Shown in pieces: positions 10,560-21,794 of a stretch of DNA of 64,000 nucleotides. The notes under the pieces were generated by a model. That model ran no database searches. It had not been told where the DNA came from and was given only the letters and a program-made list of their open reading frames with translations. The stretch's first letter is position 1; each line of letters opens with the position of its first letter. The translations under genes and the position numbers were made by a program. The stretch comes from a virus (taxonomy: Duplodnaviria; Caudoviricetes): IMG/VR virus record IMGVR_UViG_2565956686_000002, positions 1 through 64,000 of that record. One strand, 5' to 3'.

Positions 10560-10967
10560 CTAATCAGAGTAAAAATCACCTTCCGCATATTCATACATTA
10601 TTCTTGGAGGCACGGCAGGATCTGGCTTCATATTCTTCATATATTCAACTGATTCTCTTGTCTCGTTTGAATTTATAAAGTCAGCTAATTCATTTAAATC
10701 TTTTCTAATTTCAGCCTCAGAAACTGGTTTGGCGTTATATTGCTGTCTTGATGGTTGAAATTTACGTTGTGTTTCTATTGCACGTTGTTGGCGCTCACGT
10801 TCGCGCTGAGCCTGAATTTCTCTTTCTCTCTGATTCTGTAGACGCTGTTGGTCTACAAAACGCTGAGAAATTCTATGCCCCTCACTGGCTGCGTCATATG
10901 CAAAAGTTGTTACTGGGGTTATAAGTAGGCTGGAGAGCACAATTTTACTTAAAAGTTTTTTAATCAT
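10560..10967 (-). CDS. Secreted hypothetical protein
   Basis: Signal peptide ending TFA; Q/R/E-rich. Confidence 0.6.
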   Translation of the reverse strand: MIKKLLSKIVLSSLLITPVTTFAYDAASEGHRISQRFVDQQRLQNQREREIQAQRERERQQRAIETQRKFQPSRQQYNAKPVSEAEIRKDLNELADFINSNETRESVEYMKNMKPDPAVPPRIMYEYAEGDFYSD

Positions 10968-11054
10968 TTATTCATCACTTTTATAACAACTGATAATACT
11001 AAATTATTATAAATAATAAAAAAATTAATAGAAGTTCATTTTAATTATTAATAG

Positions 11055-11984
11055 TCAATAAAGACTTTTTTCTCCCTTAGGGCGGGTTTTAAATCTACGA
11101 TGAAACCACATATATTGTGTAAGGTGCATTTTTATCTGATTTTCTATTGTCAAATTGACTCGTGTTGCATCTTTCACCTCATCAGTGCTTGGAAAGTTTG
11201 TCAAAGCGGGTTCTAGTTTTATATGGTATTGAGGATTACGAATGTCTCCCTCACGATAAAAAAACAATGGAATTGCTGCTGCTTTAGTAATTTTAATTAA
11301 TCGTCTATGTGCTGTTACTGTAGCAGCCTGTATACCAAAGAAAGGAGCCATTACACCTTGTTTAAGTCCGAAGTCTTGGTCGGGGCTATACCAGATAGCA
11401 TGCCCATGCTTTAAATTCGCTATTAGACCTTTCATATCATCTTTAGAAATCTGATTTTGATAAATTGTAGCTCTGCATCGACTAATAAGCATATCTAAGA
11501 GAGGATTGTTTTGAGGACGATAGACAACATCTAAATCAAAAAAACGACCACATACAAAACCACCGGCATCTAGTAAAGTTGTATGTGTCCCTAGTAGTAG
11601 AACACCATTTTCTTTAGCATTTTTAAGATGCTCTAAACCTTGAATGTGCATCCTATTTTGGAACCAGTGAGGACTGTACCAGGCATTTAATGCTTCAAAT
11701 AACCCCAACATCATATTAAAAAAAACTTGTTTCGCGTCAGCTAGTATTTGTTGTTCACTTTTATTGGGAAAACATAGCTCTAGATTTCTGATAGTTGTTT
11801 TGCGTCTAGACTTGAGGGCTTTCCAAGCCAGTTTTGAGAGGATTTTTGCAAGCCGCCATTGAATGGCCCAAGGAAGAATTGCAAACATCATTAAAAGAAT
11901 TAAAAATATCCAGATCCCCCAATATTTGGGTAATAAAAATGACCAGTGAAACTCTCCTGTCTTCAATTGCTGTTTATATGTCAT
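11055..11984 (-). CDS. lpxL: Lipid A late acyltransferase (LpxL/HtrB family)
   Basis: HTTLLD (H-x4-D), YRPQNNP, YSPDQD, QYMWFHRRFKTRP. Confidence 0.9.
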   Translation of the reverse strand: MTYKQQLKTGEFHWSFLLPKYWGIWIFLILLMMFAILPWAIQWRLAKILSKLAWKALKSRRKTTIRNLELCFPNKSEQQILADAKQVFFNMMLGLFEALNAWYSPHWFQNRMHIQGLEHLKNAKENGVLLLGTHTTLLDAGGFVCGRFFDLDVVYRPQNNPLLDMLISRCRATIYQNQISKDDMKGLIANLKHGHAIWYSPDQDFGLKQGVMAPFFGIQAATVTAHRRLIKITKAAAIPLFFYREGDIRNPQYHIKLEPALTNFPSTDEVKDATRVNLTIENQIKMHLTQYMWFHRRFKTRPKGEKSLY

Positions 11985-12310
11985 AGGGGCTTTTTTAAGG
12001 AAATTTGTTCAGCCTAGCATAATGGAAGTAAGTTAAACAACATGCTTGCTACTAGTGTTTAATGAACATTTCCTCGGCTGTGTAGTTTCATGACTTATGC
12101 AACTTTATGTTGAACCAGAATCTTGATTGGCCTCATTTAATAGCATTAGAAAACGCTAAGCACTATGAAGATGTTATTTATAAAATTGAGTAAATATATT
12201 TGAATGCTCTCAAATTGGATAAAAATAACTCCAAATCGACCGTATTTAAGATTTAATCAATATTAAGCTTGCTTATTTATATTAAAGAGCCTATAAAGCT
12301 AACTCGTCGG

Positions 12311-12387
<77 letters not shown>

Positions 12388-12570
12388 ACCGACAATATTA
12401 ATTTTGCTCAGTGATATATTTAAAGTTGCTATTCTGGAAAGAACAAATAGCAATTAATTTAGCTTAGATAATCCTAAATAAAGCTATAAATTATTAAATT
12501 CTAGAATTCCAGTTATTTTCTCTTATCTGTCTAGCTTATAGTAAATCAAATCAATCATTTGAGCTCTTAA

Positions 12571-12805
12571 ATGAGTAACTTGGTGCTAAAAATTATTAAT
12601 GAATGGCATATAGTCAAAGCCAGCAACGGCAAAGAAATTTGTGTACAAATTATCCCTCTTAAACGCCAGAAAAATACTTTGAAAGGATTTAAATGGGTAG
12701 AAGTCGGAAAAAAAGATACTTTTAGATTCTGGTCAAGAGATTGATTTTAATTTAGATGGTAATAGCTTCTATACTGAAGTTAATCAGCTTTATCGATTAA
12801 CATAA
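12571..12805 (+). pseudogene. Small protein frameshifted in an A7 run
   Basis: MSNLVLKIINEWHIVK..EVGKK; removing one A at ~12710 continues ILLDSGQEIDFNLDGNSFY..*. Confidence 0.45.
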
Positions 12806-12909
12806 ATAATTAACACATTTGTAGTCTCTTTTTTTATAAAAGATTAATTAGATAAAATCACAGTAAAACTTAGGTTTTATCTTTCAATAAATTATTAAAG
12901 GTTTTAAAT

Positions 12910-13119
12910 ATGTCAAATACAACTACTGGTACAGTTAAGTGGTTCAATGAATCTAAAGGTTTTGGTTTTATTCAAGCTGATTCAGGTGAAGATCTATTCG
13001 CTCATTTTAGTGATATTCAAAGCAGTGGATTTAAAGTTCTTAATGAAGGTCAACGAGTTTCTTTTGTTTCTGGTCAAGGAAAGAAAGGGCTTCAAGCTAC
13101 TTATATCCAAGCTATATAA
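12910..13119 (+). CDS. Cold-shock protein (CspA family)
   Basis: GTVKWFN..KGFGFI (RNP1), LFAHFS (RNP2). Confidence 0.95.
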   Translation: MSNTTTGTVKWFNESKGFGFIQADSGEDLFAHFSDIQSSGFKVLNEGQRVSFVSGQGKKGLQATYIQAI

Positions 13120-13133
13120 TATTGAAAAACAGG

Positions 13134-13161
13134 AAAGCTCACATTATGTGAGCTTTTTTTT
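13134..13161 (+). terminator. Intrinsic terminator
   Basis: AAAGCTCACA-TTA-TGTGAGCTTT plus T-run. Confidence 0.8.
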
Positions 13162-13319
13162 GTTGATAGACTCATTCTATCAAATTCATTCTTTTCATTA
13201 GCTTCAAATCGTACTCACAACTACATAATTATTCTTCAAAGCCAATGACCAGCCAGATTCCTTATATAACGGCTCGCTATATTTGATTGTGTACTCGATA
13301 TAGAAGTAGATCCAGTTTT

Positions 13320-14573
13320 TCATTTTGCACCACTATACATTTCATTCGTATTTCTATTTTTACCTAAAACAATTTCTTCTATATCATTCATGGCAGCTCT
13401 TAACTTCTTATCACTAATTTTAACATAACCAGCAGTGACATCATTTTGATCTTCATTCTTGTGGTTCAGAAGCTTTTTAATTGTATATTTACCATAGTCC
13501 AGACTCTCTGCAATCGATCCATACGTTCTCCTTAGGTCATGGAACGTAAATTGGATACCACAACTTTTATTGATCTTAGCTCTAACTTTAGAAATATTAG
13601 TAATGTGGCCAGATTCAGATTTTGCAGAAGGGAAAACCCATTCTGACGTAATTTGCTTTCTACGCTTTTTCATCAACTTCCAAAGATAATCACCCATAGG
13701 AAGCGTATGTGGTTCATTATTCTTTGGATCTATTGAAGTGATATAACCATATTTTAAATCTACAGCAGACCATGCCAACGACTCACACTCTTCACGTCTA
13801 AAGCCAGTTAGGATTAATGTGATGAGAAAGTCTTTGTTGGTCTCAAGTTGCTGTCCACGATCTTCAAAATTTAATACAGCATTGATCCAGTCAGGCAGCT
13901 TGTCCTCATTGATATATGAACTTCGTCTACGAATCTTATTCCAAGACTTTTTAGCTGTTAAAGTTTTAACTGGGTTGAGTGGGGGAATGATAGGTTGTTC
14001 ATCATCATCCAAATAGTGTTTGATCGAAAAGTTATAAATAGCTCGAAATACACGCATACACATATTCGCTTGAGCTTTACTGTTAACTGATAGGTCTTTG
14101 TGTTTTTCTTGAACCATTGTTCTAGTAATGTCTTTAAGCTTAGTATCCTTCCAGTCTTTTAAGTAGCCATTAACCACATCACTGTAATCTTCCAACGTAC
14201 GCGGTTTTAATGTGCGTTCCTCGATATATACCTGATATGCCTCATTTAAAGTCGGCTGAGACTTTTCAATATCAAAAATTGATTTAGCATCTGCAATTTT
14301 CTTCTTTTTCTTATCTATTGGTTTTATACCCATCGTCATATCTAAAAGAGCTTCTTGAGCCAATACTCTTGCTTGAGACAGAGTGATTTGGCCATGAATA
14401 CCTAGAGTAGACCGAGTAGACCTGCCATTAACCTTTTTTTCAACGATATAAGTTTTATATGAAGTATTTACACGCACAGCAAAGCCAATTAACTCACTAT
14501 CACGATAAATCGCAGGAATTAATTCGAGTTGATCAATAAATGACTTAGTAAGCTTTACTCTGTTTGCAGACAT
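13320..14573 (-). CDS. int: Tyrosine integrase with arm-binding domain
   Basis: TGFRREE, HDLRRT, LLNH, VTAGY catalytic motifs; N-terminal arm domain. Confidence 0.95.
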   Translation of the reverse strand: MSANRVKLTKSFIDQLELIPAIYRDSELIGFAVRVNTSYKTYIVEKKVNGRSTRSTLGIHGQITLSQARVLAQEALLDMTMGIKPIDKKKKKIADAKSIFDIEKSQPTLNEAYQVYIEERTLKPRTLEDYSDVVNGYLKDWKDTKLKDITRTMVQEKHKDLSVNSKAQANMCMRVFRAIYNFSIKHYLDDDEQPIIPPLNPVKTLTAKKSWNKIRRRSSYINEDKLPDWINAVLNFEDRGQQLETNKDFLITLILTGFRREECESLAWSAVDLKYGYITSIDPKNNEPHTLPMGDYLWKLMKKRRKQITSEWVFPSAKSESGHITNISKVRAKINKSCGIQFTFHDLRRTYGSIAESLDYGKYTIKKLLNHKNEDQNDVTAGYVKISDKKLRAAMNDIEEIVLGKNRNTNEMYSGAK

Positions 14574-14628
14574 AAGCTAGAATCCGCTTGTTTCACAACA
14601 TTTAGCATCATATTACAATATTCTTTAC

Positions 14629-14995
<367 letters not shown>

Positions 14996-15008
14996 AAGAA
15001 AAAAGCCG

Positions 15009-15284
15009 CTAAATGTAAGCGGCTGATGATGTACTTTCATGGAACTGTTTGGAGAAATAATCTATGGCATCTTGCTTCTTATAAAGGATGGTACGTCCTT
15101 CTTTGCTGAATGGGATTCCTCCACCAGCGCAACGTTTTAGCTGAAACCAGGATAAAGATTTTTTGTACACAATAGCCAAAACTTCAGGGGTGAAAGTTGC
15201 ATCTTTTGGAGCAGCCCAATACTTAATTGCCTCTGCTGCTTTTTCTTCCGAAGTCATTTGATCTAATTTGGTTAGTCGAGCCAT
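15009..15284 (-). CDS. Excisionase/AlpA-like protein
   Basis: Paralog of 1..267; adjacent to att arm repeats. Confidence 0.7.
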   Translation of the reverse strand: MARLTKLDQMTSEEKAAEAIKYWAAPKDATFTPEVLAIVYKKSLSWFQLKRCAGGGIPFSKEGRTILYKKQDAIDYFSKQFHESTSSAAYI

Positions 15285-15285
15285 C

Positions 15286-15855
15286 TTATTCCTCCTTTAC
15301 TGTAGCTGCTATATTAGAGGGGTAGTAACACAATGGATTTCCACAGTTCCTAATAGCATTATTTAGCGATTCAAATGCTGCTGCGATTTCGTCTGGCACA
15401 TTTATTCCATCTGGTAAATGCTCATCATAGAAATCTTCTGGATCTATTTCATAAGCCATTTGTGGTACACAAATAACAAGCATTAATTCTTGTGCTGATT
15501 CACCAGTTTCCTGCAAAACGTCAAAAACAGATTTTTTATCAAAAAACCATTGGTCCAATGTCATGGAATATAATGGTTCATCTTTCCATTGTTGCGTAGG
15601 GAATGATGCGTATTTTTCCTTGTTTTCATAAGGAATACATTCTTCGCAATAACTTTGTTTACGATACAAATGTCCGCGTTTGCATAAACTATGAGTAGAA
15701 CCATCGTATCTTGCAATTCGCTCATCAAGATAAATATGTCCTGTTTTTGATTGCCAAGCAGTCACATTAATTGGCCACGCTGCTTCGCTTGAGTCAGGAA
15801 GAATTACTTTCTCATCTAAAGCTTCTCTTTCTTTTTCAATATTAAGCATTGCCAT
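15286..15855 (-). CDS. Hypothetical protein with Cys cluster
   Basis: ARYDGSTHSLC..YCEEC. Confidence 0.65.
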   Translation of the reverse strand: MAMLNIEKEREALDEKVILPDSSEAAWPINVTAWQSKTGHIYLDERIARYDGSTHSLCKRGHLYRKQSYCEECIPYENKEKYASFPTQQWKDEPLYSMTLDQWFFDKKSVFDVLQETGESAQELMLVICVPQMAYEIDPEDFYDEHLPDGINVPDEIAAAFESLNNAIRNCGNPLCYYPSNIAATVKEE

Positions 15856-17089
15856 TCTCCAAAAATGTAGTGTGAATCCACCATTTTGGATTTGATTTTA
15901 AATACTCAGCATGTTCAGCTTCAGTGCCTTCCCATTCTTCAAGTGTTACTGCATCAGCAATAGATTGGCCAACAGTAGGGAATTGCTTTAAAGCTTCTTG
16001 TTTTAGTCTGTGGACTAATTGCTTTCCAATTTTCTGAGAAGGGACAGGGTGTAAAATTGGCGCTGAATCAGGTTCTTCAGGAATATTTACACTCCAAAGC
16101 TTTGCCTTGATTAATGATTTATTTTCATTAAAGAACTTAGTAATTTGTTCTACGGTAGTTGCTACGATTGATTTATCACCAAGATAACATTCAACACAAT
16201 CATTAACTGCTTGTATGTATTTAATTGCTAATTCGGCATCGTCATAACGTTTTAATGGTTTAGAAAACCATTCTTCTGTAATTTCTAATTGATCTGCATG
16301 AGCGTCTTTAGAACCATTCCAAACGGTTGGATAAATCCAACTTGCTCCATCACTAAATGGTGAATAGTCATCTGAAAATCTTGGATTAAAGATAAAGTAT
16401 TTTCTCAGACGTTGTGCAGCTTTAAATGCTAATTCTGCGGTTGCAGCTGGTAACAGTGATACTTCATCTTCATGACTATCTGAGATAGCTACACAAAATA
16501 GTTCTGCATCAGGATTGTTATTTCTAGGCATCAAAATAGCATTTACATTTTCAAAATCACTAAATGTAAAATTAATATTCGCTGCTTTGGCTAATCCTGT
16601 TGGTTTCAAATTATGGCGACAAATACTGCCTAGTAAGCCTGAAATTTCCTCAAGTTTTTTAATGTAATCCCCACCAAAACGAACAAAGCCTTTGTATTCG
16701 ACATCGTTTGTAGGTAAAACTTTCTGCCAATCAATGTATGATTCGCTTAAAAATATTTTGAATCCTTCATAAGCATTATGATGATTTGGAATTTCAATTA
16801 AACCTGTTTTGGTTTCCGTATCATATGAAATCTGACAATTAATCAAACCAGAATAACATTCAGTTTTATTTACAAAGCTTTGGGCATAAGATTTAGGAAT
16901 AATGAAAGAAATATCATTTTCAACATTATCCAATTTTGCATAAAACAGTATGCTTCCATCAGTTGCGACAATATGTCCATTATTGATTGCAATTGAATCT
17001 AAATTTCTGAAATCCCATTCATCTTCATCTTTTGATGCAATTAAAGCAGCACGAAGCAATGCAAGGGGAACTAGTATTTTATTTTCCAT
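15842..17089 (-). CDS. Beta-clamp-like domain protein with duplicated C-terminal module
   Basis: IVATDG, YIDWQKVLP, AILMPR; repeat LFCVAI..WNGSKDAHA / LWSVNI..WEGTEAEHA. Confidence 0.55.
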   Translation of the reverse strand: MENKILVPLALLRAALIASKDEDEWDFRNLDSIAINNGHIVATDGSILFYAKLDNVENDISFIIPKSYAQSFVNKTECYSGLINCQISYDTETKTGLIEIPNHHNAYEGFKIFLSESYIDWQKVLPTNDVEYKGFVRFGGDYIKKLEEISGLLGSICRHNLKPTGLAKAANINFTFSDFENVNAILMPRNNNPDAELFCVAISDSHEDEVSLLPAATAELAFKAAQRLRKYFIFNPRFSDDYSPFSDGASWIYPTVWNGSKDAHADQLEITEEWFSKPLKRYDDAELAIKYIQAVNDCVECYLGDKSIVATTVEQITKFFNENKSLIKAKLWSVNIPEEPDSAPILHPVPSQKIGKQLVHRLKQEALKQFPTVGQSIADAVTLEEWEGTEAEHAEYLKSNPKWWIHTTFLENGNA

Positions 17090-18276
17090 TAGAAATTACC
17101 CCCTAAAGCAAGCACTTCTGCTTTGATATGAGCAAGTGCAGCTTCAGCCGTTAAATGCAAACGTCGATGATCAACCAACATTTTTGTAATTTCATTTCCT
17201 GAAAAGGTTGTTTCTTGTGGGGTCCGTGTATCAGGATCACTTAAGGTTGCAATAAAACAGACTGTGCCTTTCGGTGGGTATTGGCGAATTGGGGTAGGAA
17301 ATTCATATTCTTTGCCATCTATTCCAATTATTTTTAAAGTTTTAGGGACAACTCTAAACTTTACAACTAGATTGTTTTGGTTTGGTTCGCCAAGTAAACA
17401 GCCTACTCGAAAACCTGTTTGAAGATTGAAACTATCCCATTCTTCCTCATCTTCTGAAAAATCAACTTCAAACCCATTTTTTAATGACTGAGCTGCTGCA
17501 ATACCATCTACATACTGATAATTAAAATTATTTATAATTAATTTTTTCACAGGTTTAGGTAACTCAACACCTTCACGTAACCAATGAATATTTACTGTCT
17601 CTGAGTTAAATTGATATTCTGTTTCTATCCAGACGTTATTTCTTTCCTGAACAAGCCAAATGCCGTTTACAAGTTTATAGAACCATTCCATAAAATATAG
17701 ATGTGCATCTTCCGGTATTTGAATCCATTTTTCAGAACCAAGCTTGTCACCCTTAATTTCATTTTCTGAGAGTTGAATATATTGGAAACCTCGCAATGGA
17801 TCTAAATACTCATTTTTAGAGATAGATATTTGATCTTTAGTTTTGACAATTGGTTTTAAATCAACATGATCTAATGGCGATTTATCCCAACGTGGTAATT
17901 GCTGAGCATTGCCAAGAGCAAATACATAACCTTCACGGGTACTGGTCACGAACCATTTCCAACCATCTTGATCTGTATGGTTTGCATCATTGACATCGTT
18001 ACGACTGAGGATAACCATTTCTTTTAATTGCTGAAGATCAACCCATGAGTAACCATCTGAATTAATCGCATTTTCGCAAGAGAAAACTCGACCATTGTCT
18101 TGGACAAAAAGAAATTCATCACTTTCGGTTATTGAAGTCGCTGAAGTAACGTAGAAACCTAATTGAGCAAAACATTTCAATACATCGGCTTTATTTTGAG
18201 TTCTCAAATCAACTTTAAGGCTGTGAAACTGAAATTCACCGGGCAATTTATTTTCAGAGATGTTTAATATTTCCAT
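17089..18276 (-). CDS. Modular hypothetical phage protein
   Basis: ORF track; translationally coupled. Confidence 0.7.
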   Translation of the reverse strand: MEILNISENKLPGEFQFHSLKVDLRTQNKADVLKCFAQLGFYVTSATSITESDEFLFVQDNGRVFSCENAINSDGYSWVDLQQLKEMVILSRNDVNDANHTDQDGWKWFVTSTREGYVFALGNAQQLPRWDKSPLDHVDLKPIVKTKDQISISKNEYLDPLRGFQYIQLSENEIKGDKLGSEKWIQIPEDAHLYFMEWFYKLVNGIWLVQERNNVWIETEYQFNSETVNIHWLREGVELPKPVKKLIINNFNYQYVDGIAAAQSLKNGFEVDFSEDEEEWDSFNLQTGFRVGCLLGEPNQNNLVVKFRVVPKTLKIIGIDGKEYEFPTPIRQYPPKGTVCFIATLSDPDTRTPQETTFSGNEITKMLVDHRRLHLTAEAALAHIKAEVLALGGNF

Positions 18277-18277
18277 A

Positions 18278-18526
18278 TTAATTAACCTCCTTCAAAATGC
18301 CATGTGCATGTAATTTTTTACGCAGCGTACCTCGATTTAAACCTAAGCGCATTGCTACACGAGTTTGGTTTCCTCTCTCTTGAAGTAGCAACTCCTCGAT
18401 CAAAGGCTTTTCAAATACCTGCAAGACCTCAGCAAAAAGATTGTCAGGCTTTGATTCAATAACTGAGCGAACAATCGTTTTGACTTGTTGTTCGGTGTAA
18501 ATAGGCAAATTAACTTTTGTATTCAT
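18278..18526 (-). CDS. Fis-like HTH protein
   Basis: EKPLIEELL..RGNQTRVAMRLGLNRGTLRKKL closely matches the Fis C-terminus. Confidence 0.9.
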   Translation of the reverse strand: MNTKVNLPIYTEQQVKTIVRSVIESKPDNLFAEVLQVFEKPLIEELLLQERGNQTRVAMRLGLNRGTLRKKLHAHGILKEVN

Positions 18527-18574
18527 TTACTTTTCCAATATTTAAGAGATAGCTTTAGAGAAGGGCACCAAAAT

Positions 18575-19315
18575 TTAGGCTTGGCCCCATCGCTCATGAG
18601 TTTTTTTGTTCTTACATGCTGCAACGATGGCTTTTTCGAAAGTAGTGCCTTTAAAACGGTTATATGCAGCATCTAAAACGGAAGTATCAGTAGCTTTGTT
18701 AATTGCTGAAATTGCATCATTAAAAAGCTGGTTTTCAGTGCGCTTAGGCTTGGATTCACTAACATTTTGTTGAACGTCTTTAGTTTCTTTAACGCCTGTG
18801 GCCTGTTGCTGGTGAGCTTGCTGATTTGAATTTACAGTCTGAGAATTACTGTAATAATGGTCAAAAGCTCTTTGCTGATAACCTGGTGCATTCCAGTATC
18901 CAGCATGAATATCGCCAGCAAACCCCAGGAGACTTAAAGCTTTAACAGTTGCATTGGTTTTTGACTTCTTAATCGCGTCTTCGTCATAAATCAGTCCGGT
19001 GCTTGCTTTATATAAAGCCTTTGAACCAGCAGTTTGATCAAAACAGCATTTTTGACCATCTTTCATGTACCAAAGTGTGATTACTATCCAGTGATGTATA
19101 GTCACATCATCAATTTTTTGGAATCCATGATCTTTAACATCTACGCCCCAACCGTGACCTATAGGTCCGAAGGTCTCAGTAGCTCTTTGAATTAACCAAT
19201 AAGCTTTTGGTGAAGTTCCTTGATACGGTTTACCTTCAATCTTTTTTGTTTGTGTCGGATCAGTAATACAAACTGAATGCCATAAATCCATGTTTTGGTT
19301 GTTACCATTTCCCAT
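18575..19315 (-). CDS. Putative single-strand annealing recombinase (Rad52/Sak-like)
   Basis: ATETFGPIGHGWG, DEDAIKKS.TNA.VKALSLLGF.GDI. Confidence 0.6.
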   Translation of the reverse strand: MGNGNNQNMDLWHSVCITDPTQTKKIEGKPYQGTSPKAYWLIQRATETFGPIGHGWGVDVKDHGFQKIDDVTIHHWIVITLWYMKDGQKCCFDQTAGSKALYKASTGLIYDEDAIKKSKTNATVKALSLLGFAGDIHAGYWNAPGYQQRAFDHYYSNSQTVNSNQQAHQQQATGVKETKDVQQNVSESKPKRTENQLFNDAISAINKATDTSVLDAAYNRFKGTTFEKAIVAACKNKKTHERWGQA

Positions 19316-19327
19316 GATCGCAACCTC

Positions 19328-19909
19328 CTAACCTAAAATCTTGCGTTGTTTAGGATCACTTTTGAAAAAACCTTTTTCATCAAGATATTTAGTACGACGT
19401 ACTAACTCTTTTGCTTGTCTAGCTTTATATAGATGAGGTGTGACTTTTTCGGACGGTGTAATAGCAATTAATTGACCATTTCGTTCAATATAAAAATCAA
19501 AACCGTTTAACTTAGTTCCCCAAGTTAAGTATTTGCTTAAACCAATAGGCAATTTAGAATCAGGATTGCGCTTAAGTACATACACAGAGTAATTCTCGAA
19601 TCCCACGCGATAACGTTCATTACCATCACCATCGTTATTTAAGTATTCGCAGAAATATTTTGAAGATTTTTCCTTATGCTTTTGAGTCTCATAAGTTTTC
19701 ATTGAAAAGCGAAACTTAAGACAACCGCTAAAAATATCTGCAATTGAAATTGGGCAATTCTTTTCTATGAAGGTCCAGTCTTTTGTATCAACTTCTGCAT
19801 ATTCAATACCGATGCCTTTGCTTAAAGATTCAAGCATTTGAGCAGGGCTAATCGTTTGATTGAAAGCTTCGAATGGATCTTGATTTAGGTGTTTGGCTGC
19901 TGTAGACAT
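19328..19909 (-). CDS. Hypothetical phage protein
   Basis: ORF track, GAGG RBS. Confidence 0.65.
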   Translation of the reverse strand: MSTAAKHLNQDPFEAFNQTISPAQMLESLSKGIGIEYAEVDTKDWTFIEKNCPISIADIFSGCLKFRFSMKTYETQKHKEKSSKYFCEYLNNDGDGNERYRVGFENYSVYVLKRNPDSKLPIGLSKYLTWGTKLNGFDFYIERNGQLIAITPSEKVTPHLYKARQAKELVRRTKYLDEKGFFKSDPKQRKILG

Positions 19910-20367
19910 TAGCGAACCTCCACCAATTTATTAGATTCAATAAAGTTTTTAATTGCTTCGTTGATCTGTTTATGGTCTTGGTAAATTGTGAAGTCATCCA
20001 CGTATTCGCCAGTAGCACTATTTTTAATTTTGCCGATACCCAAACGTGTAATAGTTACATCAGGATATTGGCTTTCAGTTACACCATAATCCCTTAATTT
20101 TGCTTCAAACTTGAATTCCACCGGGACTAGATAACCATCAAGATTAACTGTTCCGACACCAGTATCTTTTGACGTAATTGAAATATAGATTACGCCCAAG
20201 CTAGAAGGGCGTGTATCAGGAATAAATGTTTCATCAGCTTTAGAGCTTACAGGTTGAGAAAATGCGATTGTGATTCCAACAATCACTATTAACGCGATAA
20301 CTGCCGAAATAAACATTACATTTGGGAAACTAAATGTAATATTGTTTTGAGATAGCTTTTGTTCCAT
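19909..20367 (-). CDS. Membrane-anchored hypothetical protein
   Basis: Single N-terminal TM segment. Confidence 0.6.
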   Translation of the reverse strand: MEQKLSQNNITFSFPNVMFISAVIALIVIVGITIAFSQPVSSKADETFIPDTRPSSLGVIYISITSKDTGVGTVNLDGYLVPVEFKFEAKLRDYGVTESQYPDVTITRLGIGKIKNSATGEYVDDFTIYQDHKQINEAIKNFIESNKLVEVR

Positions 20368-20475
20368 AATGCTCTCGTTCCGTAATTTCTTTGCTAATCG
20401 CAAAGAAGATTGACCTTAAGAATGCCCCGTCCTCTACCAAAATTTCTGGGCTTTCTTTTGTTTAAAATTTAAAGG

Positions 20476-21312
20476 TTATGCTTTAAATGTTCCGATACGA
20501 ACTGGGTTGTCAGGTAATAATTCAATTACTTTTTCTTTGAAATCCTGAATGATTTCATTTTTCAATAATTCTTCACGAACAATTTGAATCGCAAAAACTG
20601 GATCTTGATCACCAGCATTTACGATTAGACGTAAACGGATTACTTTTGGGGTTAAACCAATGTAAGCGGGGTCTGTAACTTTGAAATATGCTGGCAGGGA
20701 ATTTTCAGTAGCATTAATCTCAACTTGTTCAAGTTTAGAACGTGATTCACTAGTGTTATTAACTACTGAGTCAGATTTAACGCTACTACCAATTGTCATA
20801 TTTCGAACAGCATGAATTGCTGCGCCACTTGCAATTTGCTCATCATTTGCAGAGTAAGCAATAATTACATCTGCCCAATCTTCAAGTAAAACAGCGAAAG
20901 ATTTTTGATTTAACTTTTTGTCTTTTAACTCATTAAGCTTTTTCCAAAGAACTGTTGGTTCAAGTTCTAAGGTAGCCGTATAGTCGCAATGACCTTGCGG
21001 TAGTTTAGCTTCATCAAAATTCAACACAGAAACAGCGGTGATATTTTTATGATCGACAAAAATAGGTGCAGCGTGTGGAATAATAATTTCATCATCATGC
21101 TTATGAGGATTGCTATCCAAAACAAAACTTTTAAAATCAACAAATGAAGGTGTTTTGAAAGAACCGCGAGCACGATTTCGACCAGCTTGATATTCTTCAG
21201 TATCATGGATATTGAAGTTTTGGTGCAAAGCAATTAACGAACCACGGTCAAATTGTTTGAACGGAGAGCATAATTCAACTACAGAAGCAACTTCGGTTTT
21301 TTCTAGTGACAT
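20476..21312 (-). CDS. DUF2303 (YfdQ-like) protein
   Basis: RARGSFKT, QGHCDYTA, LLEDWAD, VRIGTF. Confidence 0.8.
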   Translation of the reverse strand: MSLEKTEVASVVELCSPFKQFDRGSLIALHQNFNIHDTEEYQAGRNRARGSFKTPSFVDFKSFVLDSNPHKHDDEIIIPHAAPIFVDHKNITAVSVLNFDEAKLPQGHCDYTATLELEPTVLWKKLNELKDKKLNQKSFAVLLEDWADVIIAYSANDEQIASGAAIHAVRNMTIGSSVKSDSVVNNTSESRSKLEQVEINATENSLPAYFKVTDPAYIGLTPKVIRLRLIVNAGDQDPVFAIQIVREELLKNEIIQDFKEKVIELLPDNPVRIGTFKA

Positions 21313-21357
21313 GAGATTTAAAATCCTAGTAAGTACAGGGGGAGCTATGGTGAAGTA

Positions 21358-21684
21358 TTAAACTTCGTCTTTAAAAAGGGATTCGGTGTGCTTGGCGAAA
21401 AGGGAAACGTCACCACCTAAATTGACGTGCATAGGTGTTTTTTCGTTGTGTTCTTCAACACGTTTGCCTTTTGCAAGGGGTTCATTAAATGAGAGTTTGC
21501 TTTCTACTTGGACTTGAGAGTCTGCAAGTTTGCTAACTTTAAGTTTGATATTGATTTCACCGACTTTGCCAGTTGAAACAACACTATTTGCGACTTCTGT
21601 AATGGCTACGCCAAATTGTTTTGAAAATACACCAGCGCCAATATCTTCGATAAATTGCTGTGCATCGGTTGGTTTGTTTGACAT
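21358..21684 (-). CDS. YfdP-like protein
   Basis: AGVF..; TPMHVNLGGDVSLF; usual partner of DUF2303. Confidence 0.7.
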   Translation of the reverse strand: MSNKPTDAQQFIEDIGAGVFSKQFGVAITEVANSVVSTGKVGEINIKLKVSKLADSQVQVESKLSFNEPLAKGKRVEEHNEKTPMHVNLGGDVSLFAKHTESLFKDEV

Positions 21685-21733
21685 TTTTCACCACCTAAAT
21701 TTTAGGTTTTTGTTGTTGGTGAAATGATCTTAT

Positions 21734-21779
21734 TACAAGTAATTCTTGTATTCAATATTTATTTAAAGAAATTCTTGTA
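21734..21779. promoter_or_regulatory. OL operators (2)
   Basis: TACAAG-N5-CTTGTA at 21734 and TTAAAG-N5-CTTGTA at 21763. Confidence 0.75.
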
Positions 21780-21794
21780 TTTTTATATTTGAAC

